In this document: positions 56,900 through 64,000 of the stretch, piece after piece
Layout: every line of letters starts with the position of its first letter
Numbering within the stretch: the first letter of the stretch is position 1
Program-made: the position numbers and the translations under genes
The notes under the pieces: model-generated
Databases searched by the model: none
Seen by the model: only the letters and a program-made list of their open reading frames with translations
What the model was told of the DNA's origin: nothing
Source: Pecten maximus
Taxonomy: Eukaryota
NCBI RefSeq assembly: GCF_902652985.1
Contig: NC_047018.1
Span: 41,478,001 to 41,542,000, forward strand
Reading direction: 5' to 3'
DNA: 64,000 nucleotides

Positions 56900-57600
56900 G
56901 TACAATTTCTATGAATTGCGGTTATCTCATTGCCTGATATAGATATAAGACAAATCACAGTGAGGTGGGAGGTACTGACATTGACTGATATATATATATA
57001 AGACCACAGTAGGATGGTATAAAATGAGTGCAACCTTACAAGACCCAAAGATGAAAAATCTAGATAGCAATGTATTCAACTGAAGACCTTGACTTGGTCA
57101 GAATTGCAATGCATTGAAATTAACACATCAAGTGACATATATATCAGGCAAATCACAACACACTGAGGTAATGGCATTAACTGAATTAGATCTAGGACAG
57201 AAAGACGATGGGATGGGTTATGGCTCATACAATGAGAACAACCTCTACAAGACCCAAATATAAGATACCTAGATAGTAACGTATATAAATGAAGACATTG
57301 ACTTGACATGATAAGGTCAGAATTTCAATGTATTGAAATTATCCCATCGACTGACATAGATGTAAGACAATGCTATGATGGTAGACAATCAAAGCAACCT
57401 ATACAAGACCCAAAGATAAGATAGCTAGATAGTAACGTATACAAATGAAGACCTTGATTTGGCATTATGAGGTCAAAATTCCAATGTATATAGGTTATCT
57501 CATCGACTGACATAGATATAAGACAATGCTATAATGGTATACAATAAAAACAACTTCTAAGGGAACCGAAGATAAGATAGCTAGATAGTAACGTAAACAA
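56900..57600 (+). repeat. Degenerate ~156-bp tandem repeat x4 directly upstream of C1qDC C
   Basis: CAAGACCCAAAGATAAGATAGCTAGATAGTAACG variants at ~57039, 57248, 57404, 57560. Confidence 0.8.
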
Positions 57601-57624
57601 ACGTATAACGTATTATTGACAAAT

Positions 57625-59342
57625 ATGGCCTACTCCGTGAAGCGTGCAGTGACCTGGACAATATTTGTTCTTTGCTACAGACAACTTGTTGCAGCTGATA
57701 CCACTGTGACTCTTATTGGTGAATACATTACATAATTATAAGTTGTGTACATGTTCTCATTTTAATTGCAAATGTCAGTTATCGTTTCATAGACTCATGA
57801 ATGAAAATTTCTGCCATTACAGAAATTTGTGTCGTCATCATATCGATACTTGTAAGATTACATTCAGTTATAGTGTACCTGTAAGTTCCAGGAGTGTAAT
57901 TGTGTAATACTAATAAACTTGTCACTTAAAGAGAGTTTATTTTTCTTTCGAGAACTTAAACCTACGAAGGAACAACTTATGTTGGGGATTTCAGTGTTTA
58001 CAGAGAAACAGTGAAGGTCTGGGTTCTGAAAGTTTAGGAACGGGAGGTTTGGTTGCTGGCATTTCTTTCCTGCTGTTAAATAAAATCCATTTTGAAACAA
58101 GAGGGTATGCAATAATCACTTTGTCTGTGCGTCCGTTTTTTGTATTGGTCGCCTAAAGCATAAACAAGATGTCTCGTGCGCCCATAAACTGATTAAGTGA
58201 TGTTAACACAATAGTATCCTTACATCAAGGTTAGGATCTGATTATAGTTTGGTGGGCATCTTTCAGACTTAAAAGCAAAGGGTAAAACTTGACCACTTTA
58301 AAAAAATACTGACATACACAACTTACTGAATAGTGCTAGGGCATATATATGCAAATAGGGAGAAATTGTTGAAGCCTAAATTATATCCAAAGGATGGAGA
58401 TTGCTTTTGCATGATTATAGAAAGTTGACCTCCGTATTATCTCGCTTTTGTCTTTCTAGCTGATCTTGAGAAACTGGCTGCTAAAGTAGAACTGTCAGTA
58501 TACACTAATACCAATCAGTTGGATAAACTACACCTTCGAGTTCGTGAGCTTCAAGATGACACGAGAGCGGACCAAGGAAAGGGTTACATAGGCGTTCCAA
58601 ATCAAGCTTATTCTTTTATATTCTTTAAAAGAAACCTTTTTGAAAGTTATATTGAATGAATTGAAATCGAAAAGATATTATTTTCATGAAAGCGATAAAA
58701 TAATTAAGTAGTCAGTAACGAAGTACAAACGCTATTGCAAATGTTAAATATTAAAGAGAATTGATGACAAGGAAGATTTTCTATCCGAGTTCAATTGAAA
58801 TTTCTGTAAGTTCATGACTTTTTGAAGCTACCCATACATACGTGTGTAATTTTGGACATTATTACCATGAGGGAAATAATTTAAACCCATTTCTATTATG
58901 TGTTCTGTTTTTTAATGTTAGTAAGACGAGCGGCTGACCCGAACATTGGCTTAGATGCTCTTGTGGTAGATGTCAATACCAATCTTGGTGATCAACAGGC
59001 AATTCTCTTCGACAACGTACAAACAAACCAGGGCTCTGGTTACAACCCTGCCAGTGGAAAATTCACCTGTCCAAAGAGTGGTTCTATCAGTTTGCATCAA
59101 CCATCCCGTCCCAATTGAACGGCACCGTCGACTGTGAAATGGTCATGGACAACGTTCAAGTTGGACGTCTCCGAGCTTATCATCCGGGGTTTGACCAGGC
59201 GACACAGGTATTGGTTCTTGAATGTAGGACCGAACAACAGGTGTGGCTCCGACATTTCCATGGAGCTAATGACACCGGTATTCTCTCCTCAACTCACAGA
59301 CAAATGGCTAGTTTTAGTGGCCATCTTATAGCTTTGATGTAA
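57625..59342 (+). pseudogene. C1q-domain gene C, frameshifted as assembled. Exons 57625-57718, 58460-58582, 58922-59342
   Basis: Close paralogue of gene D; 1-nt deletion at ~59082 (GGT-TCTATCAG versus GGGCTCTACCAG) splits gC1q across two ORFs; weak exon-2 donor GTTACA; IGF changed to IGL. Confidence 0.75.
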
Positions 59343-59439
59343 TAAAGATTTTGCCTCTATATATTTAGTTTCTTTTGATGATGAATAAAACGTGGTTGAC
59401 GAAACTTGTTTTATCATAAATAATGACAGGATATTATTA

Positions 59440-60288
59440 TTATCCCCCGCGAAACGCGTTTGCGGGGGATATTAAATTGGGCTCCGTCCGTCCGTACGTC
59501 CGTCCGTACGTCCGTCCGAGATTCTTTTCCGGGCTATAACGCCATCACCGTTCAACGCAGCTCCTTGAAAATTTCTGTATATATCAGACTAGTGCCCTAG
59601 TTGTGCATTTTGCTATTGCGGACCTTCCATTTTCGGTATTTTTTCTGTCACCATGGAACCTTAGTCAAAAATACCAAATTACTGTTTCCTTTTGTTTCCG
59701 GGCTATAAAACTCAAAAACCGTTCGACGCAGCTCCTTGAAAATTTCTGTATATATCAGACTAGTGCCCTAGTTGTGCATTTTGCTATTGCGGACCTTCCA
59801 TTTTCGGTATTTTTTCTGTCACCATGGAAACTTAGTCAAAATACCAAATTACTGTTTCCTTTTGCTTCCGGGCTATAACTCAAAAACCGTTCGACGCAGC
59901 TCCTTGAAAATTTCTGTATATATCAGACTAGTGCCCTAGTTGTGCATTTTGCTATTGCGGACCTTCCATTTTCGGTATTTTTTCTGTCACCATGGAAACT
60001 TAATCAAAAATACCAAATTACGGTTTCCTTTTGTTTCCGGGCTATAAAACCAAAACTGTTCAATGCAGCTCCTTGAAACTTTCTGAATATATCAGACTAG
60101 TTGTGCCTTTTGCTATTGCGGACCTTCCATTTTCGGTATTTTTTCTGTCACCATGGAGACTTAATCAAAAATACCAAATTACTGTTTCCTTAATAACTCT
60201 TACTTTGAGCTTGATATATACATGTATTTGGGTTTTTATACCAACTGCGGGGCGCGGGGGATAATGCCAAGCTTTGCGGCTCCTTGTT
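59440..60288 (+). mobile_element. Second HINE/pearl-like element with a ~170-bp satellite array (about 4 units)
   Basis: 5' IR TATCCCCCGC..GCGGGGGATA, (CCGT/ACGT)n microsatellite, units starting CCGGGCTATAA at ~59529, 59698, 59868, 60037, 3' subTIR GCGGGGGATA, ends CTTGTT. Confidence 0.82.
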
Positions 60289-60735
60289 ATTATTTTTAAC
60301 GGTAATTCGAAAACTGTTTTAACTGTGGTTTCTATGTTTACTCTTCATCGCTTTAGCCGACATTCAATACTTTCAATATAATCTGACGAGAAGTATATGT
60401 CGCCAGTAGACTTTCCGGTTGCCTGATGAACGCAAATCGAGCGGTTATTTGCGACCTCTTCAGCATCTCGGACTAAACTCAACCAGTATAGTTTACCTAA
60501 AACACCTTCTAAAATGATCGCAAACGGATGCGCAAATGTCAAATACAAATTCATTAAAAACATAAAATAATAAGCTGAGACAATGGATATAGGTTAAACA
60601 CGGCATGGATTCTGGACAAATCCAGGTTAGCCTTGCCCAACTTTGTAGAATGAGAACAACCTCTACGGTACATATATAGAGATAAGATAACTGAATGGAT
60701 AGTGGAGTGTTCACATGTTACTAAGATTGACAAGT

Positions 60736-62947
60736 ATGGCGAACCCCACGATGCATGCAGCGGTTTGGGCAATATTTGTGCTCAGCTATGGACAACTTGA
60801 TGCAGCAGCTGACACAGAATCCCGTCTTGGTGAGTAATTGGTTCAATGTAACAAGTGTGAATATTATCTACAGCTAATTACATTTATGTATATTACAACC
60901 GAAATTGCTAGTTTCAGTTGTATTTACTTTGACAGGTTGGATGAAAAGAACAAATGATTTACCATGCCATTCCGAGAATATTTTATGTCATTATATTACC
61001 TACGATATATGAAAATGAACACATGTAACACTAACAGTACTGTATTTGACGGAAAAACATAAATTATTTGTATTCAAGTGAACTTAAGATGGATAGAGAT
61101 ACATGTATGCTGATTTCTGATAATCACATTTTAATTATTGTATGGTCTTTGAACACCTTTAAACTTGAAAATTTCTTCTCTCCGTTGGAAATTGAGAGCC
61201 ATTAATCATACTCGACATATTTCTCATCTCTTATCTACAATATGTTCGCAAGAGGCACTTGTTAGATGAACTGCCTTACCCAATAAACCATTTAAACAGG
61301 GTTGTCTACCGGAGAAACATTAACCTACGACGATATTAATTCTTCCCTATTTCCATTTACAGTCTACAATCATTTCATAAATGCTGACTAAAATATTGCC
61401 AATATTTCGTTTTTAACGTAGTAAATTGCTGACATAACGGAAAAACGTTGACATTTATTTATTGTGGAGCAGACTCTTTAAGTCTCACAGAACAATAATT
61501 AGACATGTACTTTAAAAATCATGCATTTACATTTTTTTTTATCAACTCTACAATCATTTCATAAATGCTGACTAAAATATTGCCAATATTTCGTTTTTAA
61601 CGTAGTAAATTGCTGACATAACGGAAAAACGTTGACATTTATTTATTGTGGAGTTTATCTTGTCATCATATTTTGAAGTTGTTTCTATAAAGTTCTAATT
61701 TTGCCCCTCCTATGAGTATTGATGTAGTGGTAAATATATTAAATGTCTGAAAAGAAAAATAAATATACTAACCATCACAACTGTCCCCTTATTTCCCTGC
61801 ACTTATTTATTCCTTCCGTCATGGAACTTATTTTATACTTTATTTGAAAATATTCCAAAACGCTAATGCATCTTTTGATATATGTAAGATACATGCGCAA
61901 ACTTAACATTATGTGAATAGTTGTAAACCTACATGTTATTTTATTCATCTTCTTATGAAGTAATATGGATTGAGATGGATTGTTAAAGGCTACATGAAGA
62001 CTCCGTTTTATCTTGTTGTTGTCTTTTCAGCTGATCTAGAAGAACTGGCAGCTAAAGTTGATTTGTCTGTCTTTACTAATACGGCTCATTTGGAAAAACT
62101 CAGCCATCGAGTTCATGAGCTTCAAGGTGGCACGAGAAAGGACGAAAAAAGCGGTACATAGATGTTTTAAATTATAACTTGTTTTTCTGCGATTTAAAAC
62201 GTTTTAATCATAACACAGTCTATGTTGAATTCCCACTTAATTCCACTGAATTAAAAAACAAATTGATATGTATTAAATTTTAGAGAATTGACAAAATAAT
62301 CCTGTTCTTCCGCGATTTACATACTAGACTTTAAACATGATGGTTATATATGGGTCGCATTTCTACAAGCGATCGTTTTTCAAAGGAATGTCATTATTAG
62401 ATTTTTGTGAGTAAAACTGTGTCATTTAAGATGCAATTATGGATGAGTTTAATCGAAAATAAATGTTATAAAACAATTTGCATTACTTGTCAACTTTTCA
62501 TTTATAGTAAGACAAGTGGTGGATCCCAATATTGGTTTTGACGCCGTGGTCAGCAATGTGACTATCAATCTTGGTGACCAACAGACAATTCTCTTCGACA
62601 AAATACGCACCAACCAGGGTTCTGGTTACAACGCTGCGAATGGCCGATTCACTTGCCCCCAGAATGGGCTCTACCAGTTTGCCTCGACCATCCCGTCTAA
62701 ATTGAATGGCACCGTCGACTGTGAAATGGTCATGGACAACGCTCAAGTTGGGCGTTTCCGAGCCAACCACCCAGGGTTTGATCAGGCGACACAGGTATTG
62801 GTTCTCGAATGTAGGAGCGAGCAACAGGTGTGGCTCCGACATTTCCATGGAGCTAACGACACATCTATTCTCTCCTCAACCCACAGATATATGGCCAGTT
62901 TCACTGGTCATCTTATAGCTTTCAATGTAATAAAGTTTTTGTCTTGA
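60736..62947 (+). CDS. Secreted C1q-domain-containing protein D (~218 aa). Exons 60736-60829, 62031-62153, 62508-62947
   Basis: MANPTMHAAVWAIFVLSYGQLDAA signal-like; coiled-coil exon DLEELAAKV..; single-exon gC1q with IGFDA, ILFDKIRTNQGSGYNAANGRFTCPQNGLYQF, QVWL, SFTGHLI; phases 1,1. Confidence 0.9.
61363..61653. repeat. ~107-bp exact direct duplication in intron 1 of C1qDC D
   Basis: TCTACAATCATTTCATAAATG...TTATTGTGGAG at ~61363-61469 and ~61547-61653. Confidence 0.85.
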
Positions 62948-63628
62948 ATGAAACAGAATTTATAAAATAAAACTGAAATTTAGAATGTTGGTTTTCAATA
63001 CTTTTTCTTCATATTGATGCCGTTTGTTTTGCAACAGAGAATTCCATGATTGTGCTATTCTTTGAAATTTTTTAACACAAACATCCATATTTACTTGTCA
63101 ACGCTTTAGCTAACAATCAATATATCTAATAGTGTCTGGCGAGAAGCATTTGTCAAGCAAGTCGGTCTTTCCACTACTTGGTGAACGCAGCCTTCATCAA
63201 GGATTCTTTATTTGAAATGTCGCTTAAAAAGAGAATATTATTTAAAACTACAAAATGTAAAGATTTTTCACATTTTGTGAACTGCCTCTCGGTATCATTA
63301 GAACAACACCATGCCCTTTAATCCGATTTTCTGGTTCCAAAGATGATTCATAGTGATTTTAAGTGCAGAATGAAATCATAAGTCAAAAGTGAAGATAAGA
63401 AAAGTATTAAGTGGATGTACTCTAAATTGGTAATTAGAAAATTGTATATTTTTAAAGAAACCCTTTTCAGTATAAGCAAGAATCAAAACATACGTGGTAT
63501 GCTGGGTTACGACAAACCTCAGGGACTAAAATCCACCAGCAGTGACTTTCATCAAGCTTTCTGAGATGATTGCAAAAAGACGCACAGATGTTTCATAAAA
63601 TGTGGGAGGTAGTAATAAAGGACATGAA

Positions 63629-63725
63629 AATCAGCTAGAGACAACTGATTGGTCAATTTGAATCAGCTAGAGACAACTGATTGGTCAATTTGAATCAGCT
63701 AGAGACAACTGATTGGTCAATTTGA
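63629..63725. repeat. 32-bp tandem repeat x3 (AATCAGCTAGAGACAACTGATTGGTCAATTTG)
   Basis: Copies at 63629, 63661, 63693. Confidence 0.9.
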
Positions 63726-63885
63726 AGAACAAAACTACACCTTCACCTTACACCTACGGCGTATTACTATCAAGTGATGACTTCCTTTAAGGAAGGTTAT
63801 AAAAATACAGACATCTGCCGTACACATGTGTACAGATAAGATAGCTGGACAGTGCAGTTTACACACGTTTCTAAGATTGACAAAT

Positions 63886-63979
63886 ATGGTAAACTCCCTG
63901 AAGCATATAGCGGTCTGGACAATATTCATTCTCAGCTATGGACACCTGGCTGCGGCAGCTGACATAGAATCCCGTCTTG
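63886..63979 (+). CDS. First (signal peptide) exon of another C1q-domain paralogue E; gene continues beyond the window
   Basis: MVNSLKHIAVWTIFILSYGHLAAAADIESRL then G|GTGAGT; same 94-nt length and high similarity to exon 1 of genes C and D. Confidence 0.85.
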
Positions 63980-64000
63980 GTGAGTAAATGATATCGTTAT

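Overview
AT-rich, intron-containing animal genomic DNA, most likely a bivalve mollusc (inferred from the C1q-domain gene expansion, Elovl2/5, HINE/pearl-type elements and a V-domain SINE). Almost all entries in the six-frame ORF track are noise or single exons, so genes were rebuilt by hand from GT-AG junctions and intron phases. Contents in order: (1) the last four coding exons of a TIKI/TRABD2 Wnt-inactivating metalloprotease gene (+, 8926-11285); (2) a complete 7-coding-exon Elovl2/5-type fatty acyl elongase (-, 25133-31499), in which a 78-bp tandem repeat copies a splice acceptor plus the NxxxHxxMYxYY motif five times in frame; (3) a cluster of secreted signal peptide + coiled-coil + gC1q genes (44.2-64 kb): a partial 2.6-kb tandem duplicate, a head-to-head pair with start codons 154 bp apart, a frameshifted copy, an intact paralogue, and the first exon of another. 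Interspersed are minisatellites, two Helentron-associated satellite-carrying elements, MITEs and SINEs.
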